A stretch of 64,000 nucleotides of DNA, taken from assembly GCA_965247115.1 (NCBI GenBank), contig CBDFGR010000002.1:1056001-1120000 (forward strand), read 5' to 3'. Positions 20,108-30,976 of this stretch are shown here, in pieces. The stretch comes from Myxococcota bacterium (GTDB lineage Bacteria > Myxococcota_A > UBA9160 > SZUA-336). How positions within the stretch are numbered: position 1 is the first letter of the stretch; each line of letters begins with the position of its first letter. The notes beneath the pieces were generated by a model. It was not told the DNA's origin, did not search any database, and was given only the letters and a program-made list of their open reading frames with translations. The translations under genes were made by a program, and so were the position numbers.

Positions 20108-22750
20108 ATGCTCCGCCACCTGGGAGTAGCGCTTTGCGTAGCGCTGACCACGGCCTGTGGACAGCCTCCGCCCGGCGAACCCACACCGATCAGCGAGGAG
20201 GGCCTGGTGCGCACGACGCTCGAGAACGGTCTCAAGGTCATTCTGGTCGAGGACCACTCGGCCCCCGTGGTGGCCTTAAATGTATGGGTCCGGGTGGGGA
20301 GCGCGGACGAGCGCGAGGACGAGGCCGGGATGGCCCACGTCTTCGAGCACATGCTCTTCAAAGGCACGGAGAGACGGGCGGTCGGTGAGATCGCGACGAC
20401 CGTGGAGGCGGCCGGCGGCAACATCAACGCCTTCACCTCACACGACATGACCGTCTACCACATCACGATGGCAAGCCGCGACGTTGCGGTCGGCGTGGAT
20501 GTCCTGTCCGATGCCGTCCAGCACTCGACCTTCGATCCCGACGAGCTCGCTCGCGAAGAAGAGGTCGTCCTCGAGGAAATCAACCGCAGCCTGGATTCGC
20601 CGGGCAGTGTGATCTCGAAAGCCATCTTCGAGACTGCGTACGACGAGCATCCGTACCAGCTCCCCGTGATCGGTACGACGGAGAGCGTGAAGAGCTTCAC
20701 CCGCGAAGGACTGCTCGACTTCTTCGAGCGCTGGTACGTGCCGAACAACATGACTTTCATCGTGGTGGGCGACATCGAGTCCGAGGCGGTGCTGGCACAG
20801 ATCCGCGAGGGGTTTGCAAATGGCCGCGCTGTGGCGGAGCTGGACCATGGGCGGGCTCGAGAGGGCGCTCAAGCAGGCCCGCGCGCCCGCGTGCTACGCA
20901 CTCGCTTCGAGCGCAACCTGGTCGAGCTCGCCTATCCGATCACGGCCTTTCGCCAGCCGGACACGCCGTATATCGACCTGCTGTCGATGGTCCTCGGGGG
21001 AGGCGACAGCTCCCGGCTCTACCGCAACGTGAAGGACCGCCAGCAGCTCGTGCATTCGATCGGCGCCGGATCGTACACACCCCTGGACCCCGGCCTCTTC
21101 ATGATCGACGCAACACTCGAGCCGGAGCACATCGAGGCCGCGATTACGGGGATCGCTGCCGAGGTCCAGCGTCTGCGCGACTTTGGACCGACGCAGACGG
21201 AGCTCGAGCGCGCACGAGTCGTCCTGCTGTCCTCCCAGGTGTACGAGAAGGAGACCGTGCAGGGCCAGGCGCGCAAGCTCGGGTACTACGAAGCCCTTGC
21301 CGGAGGCCTGGAGTACGAAGACGAGTACCTATCTGCCGCTCGCGAGGCGACCCGCGAGGACCTGCAGCGGGTGGCGGCGGAGTACCTCGCGCCCTCACGC
21401 GCCAGCGTCGTCGTCGCGCTGACCGAGGACGCGCGGCCTGAGCTCGAAGCCTCCGGGCTCCTCGACGCGTTGGCGGCCGGCTCGAGCGAGCGGCTGGGGC
21501 GCCTCGAACGAGAGGAGCTGGCGGGTGGAATCTGGCGCTACGCCCTGCCGAACGGCCTCAGGGTCCTGGTGAAGCCGAACGAGGCGGTTCCCCTGGTCGC
21601 CCTACGGCTCTCGATGCTGGGCGGGCTCCTGGCCGAGACGGAAGCGACGCAGGGCATCACCTCGTTTCTGGCGGACATGCTCGACCGCGGCACAGAGCAA
21701 CGCAGCGCCGCCCAGATCGCGGCGGAGGTCGAGGACATCGCCGGTGAGCTATCGGGGTTCTCGGGGCGCAACAGCTTTGGAGTCGCAGGGGAGTTCCTGC
21801 TGGACTCTCTCGACAAGGGGCTGGAGCTGTTCGCGGACGTAGTCCTGCACCCGGCGTTCGACGAGAGCGAGGTCGAGAAGGTCCAGACCGAGCGTCTCGC
21901 CGCGCTCAAGCGACGCGAGGACAACCTGTTCGCGAAGGACTTCGAGCTCTTCCAGAACGAGATCTTCCCGGGTCATCCGTATCGCTTCTCGCTCATTGGC
22001 ACCGCTGAGTCGGTGGAGAAGATCGAATCCGAGGCACTGCGCGCGTACTACGGGACGTACGCGCATCCTTCGAACGCCGTGCTCTCGATCGTGGGGGACG
22101 TGGATCCCGATCAGATCGTCGAGGCCATCTCGCTCCAGCTGGGCGGCTGGACCGGACCAGAGACAATTGCCCTCCCCGAGCGAGAGATCTCGGTCCTGAG
22201 CAACGCGCCGCGGCTCGTCTCCCTGGAGAAGAACAAGAGCCAGGTGCACATCATCGTCGGCTTCCCTGGCGTCCGGATCTCGGACCCGGACGTCCCGGCT
22301 CTCGACGTGCTGACACAGATCCTGTCGGGGCAAGGAGGTCGGCTCTTCCTCGAGCTGCGCGATCGCCAGAGCCTCGCCTACAGCGTCACGGCGTTCTCGA
22401 TTGAGGGCGTCGACCCGGGTGCCGTTGGCGCATACATCGCAAGCGCCCCCGGCAAGCTGGAGCAATCGCTTGACGGTCTGCGCGAGGAGCTCCGCAAGCT
22501 GCTCGAGGGCCCCATCCGTAGCGACGAGCTCGAGCGGGCGCAGAACTACTTGATCGGGAGCCGCGCCGTGTCGCTCCAGCGCTACGGCGCGCAGGCCAAC
22601 CTGCTGTCGCTAGACGAGCTGTACGGCCTTGGAGCGACGCACCATCTGGACTACGCAAGCCGCATCGACGCGGTAACCGTCGACGACCTGGCGCGGGTCG
22701 CGAGGCGGATCATTCGCCTCGAGTCCGAAACCGTCGCCATCGTGCGCTAG
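20108..22750 (+). CDS. M16 family zinc peptidase, lipoprotein
   Basis: LTTAC lipobox, HVFEH inverted zinc motif, NAFTS, duplicated M16 halves. Confidence 0.92.
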   Translation: MLRHLGVALCVALTTACGQPPPGEPTPISEEGLVRTTLENGLKVILVEDHSAPVVALNVWVRVGSADEREDEAGMAHVFEHMLFKGTERRAVGEIATTVEAAGGNINAFTSHDMTVYHITMASRDVAVGVDVLSDAVQHSTFDPDELAREEEVVLEEINRSLDSPGSVISKAIFETAYDEHPYQLPVIGTTESVKSFTREGLLDFFERWYVPNNMTFIVVGDIESEAVLAQIREGFANGRAVAELDHGRAREGAQAGPRARVLRTRFERNLVELAYPITAFRQPDTPYIDLLSMVLGGGDSSRLYRNVKDRQQLVHSIGAGSYTPLDPGLFMIDATLEPEHIEAAITGIAAEVQRLRDFGPTQTELERARVVLLSSQVYEKETVQGQARKLGYYEALAGGLEYEDEYLSAAREATREDLQRVAAEYLAPSRASVVVALTEDARPELEASGLLDALAAGSSERLGRLEREELAGGIWRYALPNGLRVLVKPNEAVPLVALRLSMLGGLLAETEATQGITSFLADMLDRGTEQRSAAQIAAEVEDIAGELSGFSGRNSFGVAGEFLLDSLDKGLELFADVVLHPAFDESEVEKVQTERLAALKRREDNLFAKDFELFQNEIFPGHPYRFSLIGTAESVEKIESEALRAYYGTYAHPSNAVLSIVGDVDPDQIVEAISLQLGGWTGPETIALPEREISVLSNAPRLVSLEKNKSQVHIIVGFPGVRISDPDVPALDVLTQILSGQGGRLFLELRDRQSLAYSVTAFSIEGVDPGAVGAYIASAPGKLEQSLDGLREELRKLLEGPIRSDELERAQNYLIGSRAVSLQRYGAQANLLSLDELYGLGATHHLDYASRIDAVTVDDLARVARRIIRLESETVAIVR

Positions 22751-22795
22751 CCAGGCGCCTGCATGCTACCCTCCACGCCGACCAGGGGGAAGTCA

Positions 22796-23428
22796 ATGTC
22801 TCGGAGATTGGCTCTAGGCTCTCTCGCCGCACTCGCCCTCACCTTTGGCCTCGCGGCGTCTCACGGAAAACCCGAAGCAGCAGGAAAGGAACGCGAGGTG
22901 GCCGAGGCAGAAGACGTGCAGGAAGAGACCCCGCAGAACAACGAGGTCGCCGTGGTTCGCGTGAAAGACCTCGGCGTGATCACGCTCGAGTTCTACCCGG
23001 ACCGAGCGCCAAACCACGTCGAGAACTTCAAGAAGCTGGCACGTGCCGAGTTCTACGACGGCACCAGGTTTCACCGCGTCATTCCGGGCTTCATGATCCA
23101 GGGCGGAGACCCGAACACGAAGGAACCCGACACGAGCAAGTGGGGGACGGGCGGCCCGGGCTACCAGATCGACGCGGAGTTCAGCCAGGCCCCGCACCTG
23201 CGTGGGACCCTGTCGATGGCCCGCTCCCAGGACCCTGACTCCGCCGGCAGCCAGTTCTTCATCTGCGTCGACCGTTCCTCCTTCCTGGACGGTCAGTACA
23301 CCGTCTTTGGCAAGGTTGTCGACGGCATGGACGTTGCGGACAGGATCGTGAACGCCCCGCGAGATGGGAACGACCGGCCCAACGACGACGTGATCGTGGA
23401 GACGATTCGGATCGAGGAGCGCGGCTAG
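22796..23428 (+). CDS. Cyclophilin-type peptidyl-prolyl isomerase, exported
   Basis: FHRVIPGFMIQGGDP, LSMAR, SAGSQFFI and YTVFGKV motifs; signal peptide. Confidence 0.95.
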   Translation: MSRRLALGSLAALALTFGLAASHGKPEAAGKEREVAEAEDVQEETPQNNEVAVVRVKDLGVITLEFYPDRAPNHVENFKKLARAEFYDGTRFHRVIPGFMIQGGDPNTKEPDTSKWGTGGPGYQIDAEFSQAPHLRGTLSMARSQDPDSAGSQFFICVDRSSFLDGQYTVFGKVVDGMDVADRIVNAPRDGNDRPNDDVIVETIRIEERG

Positions 23429-23576
23429 GCGCCTAGCGGGGCTCACCGCTGGACGCGAGCGAGAGCCTTGGGCACAGTACCCCGTCCATGACGAAGACCG
23501 ATCCCTTGCGCCAGGCTCACGAGGGGCCGCTGGCAAGGTAGTGCGGATTCGCTAAGTCGTTGGACTTCCACATCCT

Positions 23577-23652
<76 letters not shown>

Positions 23653-23780
23653 GAAGAGCACTTTAGTTCCACGGGCTTAGATGCGACAGAACCGACACAG
23701 GCCCCGGTCCCTTGGCGACACTGCCTGATTCCTAATCAGCAGATCAGCGGTGCCAGGCCACGCTGATCGAGCGCCAGATC

Positions 23781-24135
23781 TCCGCCCCTTTCGACGATCC
23801 CGACTTCCTCTACGAGGTGAAGTTCCACGGGTTCCGAGAGCTGGCCTACGTCGACGACAGCCATTGCGAGCTCGTCTCCCGGAAAGACCACGTCGATCGG
23901 AGGTTCGCCGATCTCTGCCAGGGCATCGCAGCTGACCTGAAGGCCACCAGCGCGATCCTCGACGGGGAGATCGTGTGCCTCGACGACCAGGGCCGCTCGC
24001 GGTTCTACGACCTCATGTTCCACCGCGGGGGACCCTACTTCTACGCGTTCGATCTGCTCTGGGTGGATGGTGTCGATCTCCGAGATCTGCCCCTTGTGGA
24101 ACGGAAGGCGAAGCTCCGCAAGCTCATATCCCCCC
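23781..24135 (+). pseudogene. ATP-dependent DNA ligase (LigD ligase domain) fragment
   Basis: YEVKFHGFR (KxDGxR with D>H), ILDGEIV, YAFDLLW and LPLVERK motifs; lacks the start and the C-terminal OB domain. Confidence 0.8.
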
Positions 24136-24188
24136 CTTCGCGTTGCCCAGCTGGCTTCATTGTCCGCTTAACCGCAAGCGGCCAAGCA

Positions 24189-24758
24189 TCAGTCAGCTCC
24201 GGTGAGCTGCAACCACTGTCCTTCGTACCAGTACCACACCACCGACGCCTTCTCGACAAAAGCATCGTTGACTCCGTCGTGATCCAAGCGAGGCGGCTCG
24301 AGGCCACCAAACACCTCGTAATGCTCCTGAATGTATCGGGGACTTGCCACACCAAGAGCCCGGGAGAAACCGATTACCCCACCTCCAATGTCTTGGAGAT
24401 AATTGAGATCAGGCGCTGACGCCAACTCTGCGACCACGATCGTCGACTCCTTCGGAAAAATCAGAATTGAGGACACGCGTTCCAAAGAACACAGCACCGC
24501 GATATCGATTTGATCGGGTGCAGTGAACCGTCCTCGAACAATATTTCTGCGCTCTACGCCTGGATACACCTGAGGAATCGTGCACCCCCGCCGTTCCAGT
24601 TCTTCCCGGACGGAAGAGGGGAGATCATCAAACACGCCCGGTGCCAACCGTACTGTCTCCCTGTCAGCACGATCAAACTCTGGGAATGCCCTTTGCCCTG
24701 CCGCGGTTCCTGCAAGCAACTCTAGTGAGAGGCAGAGCTGAGTGACAGTTCGCATCAC
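24189..24758 (-). CDS. Hypothetical exported protein, visibly lower GC
   Basis: 189-aa ORF with signal-like N-terminus and RBS (AAGGAAGAAGG); protein-like composition. Confidence 0.65.
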   Translation of the reverse strand: MMRTVTQLCLSLELLAGTAAGQRAFPEFDRADRETVRLAPGVFDDLPSSVREELERRGCTIPQVYPGVERRNIVRGRFTAPDQIDIAVLCSLERVSSILIFPKESTIVVAELASAPDLNYLQDIGGGVIGFSRALGVASPRYIQEHYEVFGGLEPPRLDHDGVNDAFVEKASVVWYWYEGQWLQLTGAD

Positions 24759-25046
24759 CTTCTTCCTTGCGGTCTAACGAGCTGTGGCTAAACCGCTATC
24801 TACCTCAGCATACCGACGGGTCTCCGGAGAGCGGGAAGCGGGCCGAGCCAGAGCTTGCCGGAGCCAATGAGGGCGGTGTGCTGTGCCCGCCCACGAGGAG
24901 AGCCGTGCTGATGCCCGCGAGCAGGGGCCACGGATGTCGATGAAGCAGGCTCATAGACAGCCCGTGTACGCGATCGGGACACTGGAGGTTACGTCCTCCG
25001 ACCGGTCGGCATGAACCAGCCCCACCCTCACGGCTGCTGTATCTCG

Positions 25047-25130
25047 GGGGATAGGGAGCTTAAGAGGGTTTTTCGGGTTCTGACAATGGCCCTTCCCGTC
25101 CTATCGGTTCGTCTGAGGGCCGGGCCGCGG
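25047..25130. repeat. 84-bp dispersed repeat, copy 1 (candidate IS91/ISCR oriIS-like end)
   Basis: GGGGATAGGGAGCTTAAGAGGGTTTTTCGGG...CCCTTCCCGTCCTATC...; 5 mismatches versus copy 2. Confidence 0.85.
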
Positions 25131-25179
25131 CGGCGCCTCTACCCGGGCTGAGCCCCTCTGGGCCCTAGCCCTACCCGGC

Positions 25180-26070
25180 TCAGGTTCTAGCAGGCAGGTA
25201 CTCGCCGTACCACGCGATGGCCTCACGCATCGTCGCATCGAATGCGGGCGGCGTATACACCTCGTAGTGGCCGTAGCCCTCGAGCACCACGAGCCGCTTC
25301 GGCTCCCCCGCCTTCTCATAGAGGATCCGGGACTCCTCGGGCGGGACCAGCCGATCGTCGTCACTGGTGATGAACAGAATCGGGCGGGGCGCCACCTTGT
25401 CGACCACCCACTCAGCGTGATGGCACAGGGTCTCGTCCACGTACTCGAGCGGGATCGTGGAGACCGCAGCCGGGTTGGCCGCCCGGGCCACGGCAGCAAG
25501 CTCGGCGGACTGCCGATCCGGCAGCAGCACCTCCCCTCGCTCGACCTGCTCTGACTGCCCGCTCAGCACCCGCGCCTCGCGGTCGGCGCGCGAGCGCTCG
25601 AGCAGGTCGTGCCACTCGTCGGGGCGGCGGACGCTGCGCATCCAGCGCCGCCCGTCGCCAACCCCGACCACAGACACCACGCAGCGCACCCGCGGATCGA
25701 TGGCCGCAACCCAGACCACGGTTGTACCGCCGTAGCTCGTGCCGTAGATCCCGAGTTTCTCGGCGTCGACCCCGTCCTGCAGGCCGAGGAACGTGAGGGC
25801 CGCCTGCACGTCGGCGACCCGCGACCAAGGCGCAAGCCGGCTCCGCGCCCCCTCGCTCTCGCCCCAGCCCTTGTAGTCGAAGGTGAGCACGACGTAGCCG
25901 GCGTCGTTCAGCACCCGGGCGTTGTCGGGAAGGTATAGATCCTTTACCCCAGTGTAACCGTGACAGAGGACGATGCCCGCGCGCGCGTCCCCGGAGACGA
26001 GGCCCTCGGGAGCGTAGAGATCGCCGACTAGCTTCACACCTTCGCTGTAGAACGTGACGGGGGTCTTCAT
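25180..26070 (-). CDS. Alpha/beta hydrolase
   Basis: LCHGYTG, FDYKGWGESEG, GTSYGG nucleophile, GHYEVY; ATG at 26070. Confidence 0.88.
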   Translation of the reverse strand: MKTPVTFYSEGVKLVGDLYAPEGLVSGDARAGIVLCHGYTGVKDLYLPDNARVLNDAGYVVLTFDYKGWGESEGARSRLAPWSRVADVQAALTFLGLQDGVDAEKLGIYGTSYGGTTVVWVAAIDPRVRCVVSVVGVGDGRRWMRSVRRPDEWHDLLERSRADREARVLSGQSEQVERGEVLLPDRQSAELAAVARAANPAAVSTIPLEYVDETLCHHAEWVVDKVAPRPILFITSDDDRLVPPEESRILYEKAGEPKRLVVLEGYGHYEVYTPPAFDATMREAIAWYGEYLPART

Positions 26071-26558
26071 GGGCGGACTCCGGTGATGGACGGGGCGCCG
26101 GCGAGCTGCGCCGATGCTGTTCGCTCCGAGGCCAACACGTCGAGGGCCGAGGACCACGCGTCGAAGGCGTCACTCACATCCTGCTCCTATGTACGGTGGA
26201 AATGTAATTCTTGCCCGCACCCTTCAGGATCCCACGCTCCAACAACACCTCATTGAAGCGGTGCGCTAGCCCCACGTCGCCGCGACGATAGCCACGATAG
26301 TCTTCGATGGGGCCCGATGCGAATACCCCGTCGAAGCATGGCGGCACGCCCAAGACCTCGGCCTCGAAGCTGCGCACGCGCAGCCGCTCGGAGAGTCCGT
26401 CCATGAGCCGTTGGCCCGTGGCGAAGAGCTTCTCGTAGGTCCCGGGTTCTCGGAGCACCTCCAACGTCGCGAGACCCGCCGTGGCGGAGACCGGATTTCC
26501 CGACAGCGTGCCCATCTGAACCAAGTAGTGCTCCCGGTCGACGCGGCTCGCGTCAAAA
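26067..26558 (-). pseudogene. 3' fragment of a class-III aminotransferase (GSA aminomutase-like)
   Basis: FDASRVDREHYLVQMGTLSGNPVSATAGLATL; 5' end cut at repeat copy 2; 1-nt frameshift near 26187; original stop overlaps the hydrolase ATG (ATGA). Confidence 0.8.
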
Positions 26559-26642
26559 GGGGATAGGGAGCTTAAGAGGGTTTTTCGGGTTCTGACAATA
26601 GCCCTTCCCGTCCTATCGATTGGTCTGAGGTCCGGGGCGCGG
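26559..26642. repeat. 84-bp dispersed repeat, copy 2
   Basis: Direct repeat of 25047-25130. Confidence 0.85.
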
Positions 26643-26772
26643 GCGCTCGATTTTCGTGATGCCCGAACGGCGCGCCAGCATATTCGGAACTGGCGCCCAC
26701 GCTGATATGCTGTTGCTTGCGCTTACGACATGAGCGCGAACTACATAAAAAAGAGATACGGGGGAGGAGACC

Positions 26773-28569
26773 GTGGACGACATCAGGACGCAGGACGACC
26801 CGATCTTCCGTTCCGAAGTGCGCGACGGCATGCGGATCGACTGGGATGTGCCGATCGCCATGGATGACGGGGTGGTGCTGCGCGCCAATGTGTATCGGCC
26901 CAACGACGACGGCAGCTATCCCGCGATCATGAACTACGGCCCCTATTCGAAGGACCTGGCGTGGCAGGAAGGCTACGCGGCGGTCTGGGACATGTTCTCG
27001 CGCGACCATCCCGAGGCGGTTGCCGGATCGTCCAACATTCACCAGAGCTGGGAAGTGGTCGACCCGGAGAAATGGGTGCCCGACGGCTTCGCCTGCGTCC
27101 GGGTCGATTCGCGCGGCGCCGGGCGCTCACCGGGCGTGATCGATTGTTTCTCCCCCCGCGAAGCTCAAGACTTTGCCGCCTGCATCGATTGGGCCGGTAC
27201 CCAGGGCTGGTCGAACGGCAAAGTCGGCCTGTCGGGCATTTCCTACTACGCCATCAACCAATGGCACGTCGCCGGCCTGCAGCCCAAGCACCTAGCCGCC
27301 ATGTGTGTCTGGGAAGGCGCCGCCGACTTTTACCGCGATATGACCCATCACGGCGGCATCCTCATGCCGGCGCTGGGTATCTGGTACACGAACCAGGTCA
27401 AGTCGGTGCAGCACGGCGTCGGCGAAAACGGCGACCGCAGCCGGGTTCACGGCGAACTCGTCGCCGGCCCCGATACGCTGTCGGAGGCCGAGTTGGAGAA
27501 AAACCGTACCGATCTCGGCGCTGAGATCGCCAAATATCCCCTCGACGACAAATTCCACCGGGCACGCTCGGCCGATTGGTCCAAGGTCAAGGTGCCGTTC
27601 CTATCGGCGGCGAGCTGGGGCGGCCAGGGGCTGCACCCGCGCGGCAATTACATGGGGTTTGAGCACGCCGCCTCGAAGCAGAAGTGGCTGGAATGCCACG
27701 GCCTCGAACATTGGACCGAATTCTACACCCCATACGGTCTGGACCTGCAGAAACAGTTCTTTGGCCACTTCCTCAAAGGCGAGAAAAACGGTTGGAACAA
27801 GCGCCCGCCGGTGCTGCTCAAGGTGCGCCACGTCGGCGAGAAATTCGTCGAGCGGGCGGAGAAGGAGTGGCCGCTCAAACGCACCAAATGGACCAAGGTC
27901 TATCTCGACCCGGCGAACATGAACCTCGCGGCGGAGGCACCAAAAAAGGCAGCGAAGCTCAGCCATGACGGCATGGGCGACGGCGTGACGTTTTTCCTGC
28001 CGCCGGCCGACGAAGATGTCGAGATCACCGGCCCCATGGCCGCCAAGCTGTTCGTGTCGTCGGAAACCGAGGACGCCGACCTGTTCCTGGTCGTGCGCCT
28101 GTTTACGCCGGACATGAAGGAGGTCACGTTCAAGGGCACGATCGACCCAAATACGCCGATCGCCCAAGGCTGGCTGCGCGCCTCGCACCGCAAGCTCGAC
28201 AAGAAAATGACCAAGCGCTGGCAGCCCTGGCACAGCCACGATGAAAAGCAGCCGTTGAAGCCGGGCAAGGTCTACGAGCTCGACATCGAGATCTGGCCGA
28301 CTTGCATCGTCGTGCCGGCGAGCTATCGGCTGGCGTTGAGTGTGCGCGGTAAGGACTATGTCTATTCATGTGCCAACAACGCAGTCGTGTTACCGGGCTA
28401 TCCGCCGTTCAGCGGGTGCGGCTTTTTCATTCACACCGACCCCAAGGATCGGCCGAAGTCGGTGTTTGGCAAGCAGGTAACGCTGCACACCGGCCCCGAG
28501 TATAAGTCGCATCTTCTGCTTCCGGTGATCCCCGCCACGGGCAAGACTGGCAAGAAAAGGAAGCGGTAG
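26773..28569 (+). CDS. CocE/NonD family hydrolase
   Basis: DGVVLRANVYRP, DSRGAGRSPG, WSNGKVGLSGISY, GWLRASHR; GGAGG RBS. Confidence 0.92.
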   Translation: MDDIRTQDDPIFRSEVRDGMRIDWDVPIAMDDGVVLRANVYRPNDDGSYPAIMNYGPYSKDLAWQEGYAAVWDMFSRDHPEAVAGSSNIHQSWEVVDPEKWVPDGFACVRVDSRGAGRSPGVIDCFSPREAQDFAACIDWAGTQGWSNGKVGLSGISYYAINQWHVAGLQPKHLAAMCVWEGAADFYRDMTHHGGILMPALGIWYTNQVKSVQHGVGENGDRSRVHGELVAGPDTLSEAELEKNRTDLGAEIAKYPLDDKFHRARSADWSKVKVPFLSAASWGGQGLHPRGNYMGFEHAASKQKWLECHGLEHWTEFYTPYGLDLQKQFFGHFLKGEKNGWNKRPPVLLKVRHVGEKFVERAEKEWPLKRTKWTKVYLDPANMNLAAEAPKKAAKLSHDGMGDGVTFFLPPADEDVEITGPMAAKLFVSSETEDADLFLVVRLFTPDMKEVTFKGTIDPNTPIAQGWLRASHRKLDKKMTKRWQPWHSHDEKQPLKPGKVYELDIEIWPTCIVVPASYRLALSVRGKDYVYSCANNAVVLPGYPPFSGCGFFIHTDPKDRPKSVFGKQVTLHTGPEYKSHLLLPVIPATGKTGKKRKR

Positions 28570-29157
28570 GCGGATCGGGCGCGCCCGGCGCGCCGGGCCT
28601 AAAATTCTGGCCGCTTTGCCGGCGCGGACGGCACGCTCGCACTCGGTCACCGGCGCGTCCGCCAGAGTTGCCCGATGGCCGTAGAAGGGTGAACTTCGTT
28701 GTGCTGCCGCGCGGGCGCATTAACCTTGCCAGAACCGGGCAGCTCTAAAGGTCTTGCTGATTAATCCCGTATTCAAACCTGTCTCCGTCTGCCCGGCCAA
28801 CGTGCGAGGATCCGCCGCTGAGAGTTGGCCCGCCGCCACAGGTCTAAAGCTCGCCAGCTGCCTGGTTACAGGCAAGAGGGCTACGTCACCCCTCGATGAC
28901 CCCAAGCCTGCTGTACCGCTGCGCGCGCGAACTCCGAGCTGAGCGTCTGCTTTGCTGCTCCCGCGGCGCCGCAACCCGATCATCTCACCCTCTAGCTTGT
29001 CGATGACGTGCAGAGCGGTAACAAGCGCCAATCTCGGCTCGTCGCCCAACCCGAGATCGAGGAAGACCCCCGTCCCGGGAGAAACCGAGATGGGAATCGC
29101 TCAGGTTCCGGGTGTTGGGTCCAGCTGGCGACCGTCAGTGACACGTGTCGCGCGAGG

Positions 29158-30489
29158 TCAACGCGAAGGTCCTGCGAGCTCGTCCTTCGCCTTCATGTCC
29201 GCGTGCAGCGTGCGGGCAGCGAGCAGGAAGAGCGTGATCGCCAGGACCTTGGCGACGGCCACCGCCAGCAGCGAGTAGCGCACCGCCTCCGCGCCAACCG
29301 TCGGGTTCAGCAGGTCGTTCAAAATGCCCACGAACTGCGGGCCGGCGCCCATGCCGATGATGTTCAGCAGGAACAGCAGCACGGCCGAGGCGAGCGCCCG
29401 CATGCGCACCTTCACGAGCGAGTGCGTGAGAACGATGATCGGTCCGAGGGTCACGGACGAGACGAGGACCGAGGGGAAGTAGAAGATGAGGGCGAGCGTG
29501 GGGTCGTCGACGAGCAGGAATGGGATGACGAATGGCAGGTAGCAGGCCAGCCCCAGCGACGGGACCCAGAGGTACCAGCGCACGTCGCGGCGTCCCAGAC
29601 GATCGGCCAGTACTCCACCAAGCACCGCGCCAATCGCCCCGGCCACGCCCGTTTCGATGCCGATCCAGGTTCCTATTTCACCGGTGCCCATACCGTGGAC
29701 GCGACCCATGAACGCCGGCACCCAGGTGAGAAAGCCGTAGGCGCCGAAGGCGGTCAGGCCCATGCCGATCGAGTACAGCACGAAGCTGCGCAGGCGGATC
29801 AGGAAGCGGGCTACGTCCCGCAAGCTGTCGCTCGACGCGTCGACCGGTACGGTCTCCGACATGCCACGCGGGGGCTCCCTGATGGTGAAGCGGACCACGA
29901 GCGCGAAGAGCAGACCAGGCCCCCCCACGACGAAGAACGCGACACGCCAGCCAAAGAACTCGTTGACCCAGCCACCCGCCAGGAGCCCGAGCATGACCCC
30001 GACGGAGATTCCCGTGTTGTAGATCGAGATCGCGGTCGCTCGGCGCTCGAGCGGGAAGTAGTCCGAGATCAGCGAGTGGGCCGGGGGCGTCCCCGCAGCC
30101 TCGCCGACGCCGACACCGATCCGCGCCAGGGCCAGCTGGCCGAAGGTCTGGACGACCCCGCAGAGGGCTGTCATCACGCTCCAGCCAGCGAGACCCGCGG
30201 CGATGATCGACCGGCGAACGCCGCGATCGGCCAGGCGGGCGATCGGGATACCGGCGAACGTGTAGAAGACCGCGAACGCGAAGCCGGTCAGGAACCCCAT
30301 TGCCGTGTCGGAGGCGCCGAGCTCTTCCTTGATCGGGTCCAGCAGAATGGCCAGGATGTTGCGGTCGAGCAGGTTGAAGACGTAAACGAAGAAGAGGACG
30401 GTGAGGACGTAGTTCGAGTACCCGGGGGAGAACTTCTGGGCGCCCTCTCCGGTTGCGGCGTCGGAAGCTCTCGGACGTCTCTCCTGCAC
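29158..30489 (-). CDS. MFS transporter (spinster-like)
   Basis: NLLDRNIL, ARLADRGVRR, ARIGVGVGEA and SLISDYFP motifs; about 12 hydrophobic helices. Confidence 0.92.
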   Translation of the reverse strand: MQERRPRASDAATGEGAQKFSPGYSNYVLTVLFFVYVFNLLDRNILAILLDPIKEELGASDTAMGFLTGFAFAVFYTFAGIPIARLADRGVRRSIIAAGLAGWSVMTALCGVVQTFGQLALARIGVGVGEAAGTPPAHSLISDYFPLERRATAISIYNTGISVGVMLGLLAGGWVNEFFGWRVAFFVVGGPGLLFALVVRFTIREPPRGMSETVPVDASSDSLRDVARFLIRLRSFVLYSIGMGLTAFGAYGFLTWVPAFMGRVHGMGTGEIGTWIGIETGVAGAIGAVLGGVLADRLGRRDVRWYLWVPSLGLACYLPFVIPFLLVDDPTLALIFYFPSVLVSSVTLGPIIVLTHSLVKVRMRALASAVLLFLLNIIGMGAGPQFVGILNDLLNPTVGAEAVRYSLLAVAVAKVLAITLFLLAARTLHADMKAKDELAGPSR

Positions 30490-30580
30490 GGCTTGCCCTC
30501 GCGGCTGATCGCCTGAGCATACACGGGTCCACTTTGCTCGAGCCGCCTACCTCGATGATGGCGCTCCGTTCGGGCGAACG

Positions 30581-30930
30581 TCAGCCGAGCGCGGGGGTGG
30601 CCGAGTCGCGGCCGGAGCGCAGCACGATCCCGGGGCGGGCATCCGTGAACGTCCCGTCCCGCACGATCTCGACCCCGTTCACCAGCACGTGGTCGATGCC
30701 CCGAGCCTCGCCGTAGAGGCGGCTCGCCCCGGCCGGGAGGTCCGCCCGCGTGTGGACGGGGCCGGGTCCGATCGAGTCCAGGTCGAACACGACCAGATCG
30801 ACGCAGAAACCGGGCTCGATCCGGCCGCGTCCGCGCAGACCGTAGAGCTGTGCCTGGACGTCGGTCAGCAAGTGAACTGCTTCTTCGAGCGAGAGCAGGG
30901 CGCGCTTTCGCACGGCCCCTTCCAGCATCC
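30581..30930 (-). pseudogene. C-terminal fragment of an N-acyl-D-amino-acid deacylase family amidohydrolase
   Basis: LSLEEAVHLLT, RGRIEPG, DLVVFD, DLPAGASRL, VLVNG; only about 115 aa remain. Confidence 0.78.
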
Positions 30931-30976
30931 CCGCAGGTACCCGCGCGTGTGGGCGACGCGGGCCGTCGGTTTCGGG

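Noticed and set aside
19871..20257. Large overlap between hemW and the M16 peptidase
   Set aside because: Artefact of longest-ORF starts; plausible starts at 20047 and 20108 leave a 60-bp divergent gap.
23817..24419. Intact 200-aa DNA ligase
   Set aside because: Catalytic motif altered, no proper start, and the C-terminal half is read-through antisense to the next gene.
28570..29150. Gene or structured RNA between CocE and the MFS gene
   Set aside because: Only short ORFs without motifs and no recognisable RNA family; left unassigned.
29008..30516. Long antisense ORFs (also 7817..9160, 12736..13866, 41976..43403 and similar)
   Set aside because: Shadow frames of well-supported genes in GC-rich DNA; no recognisable motifs.
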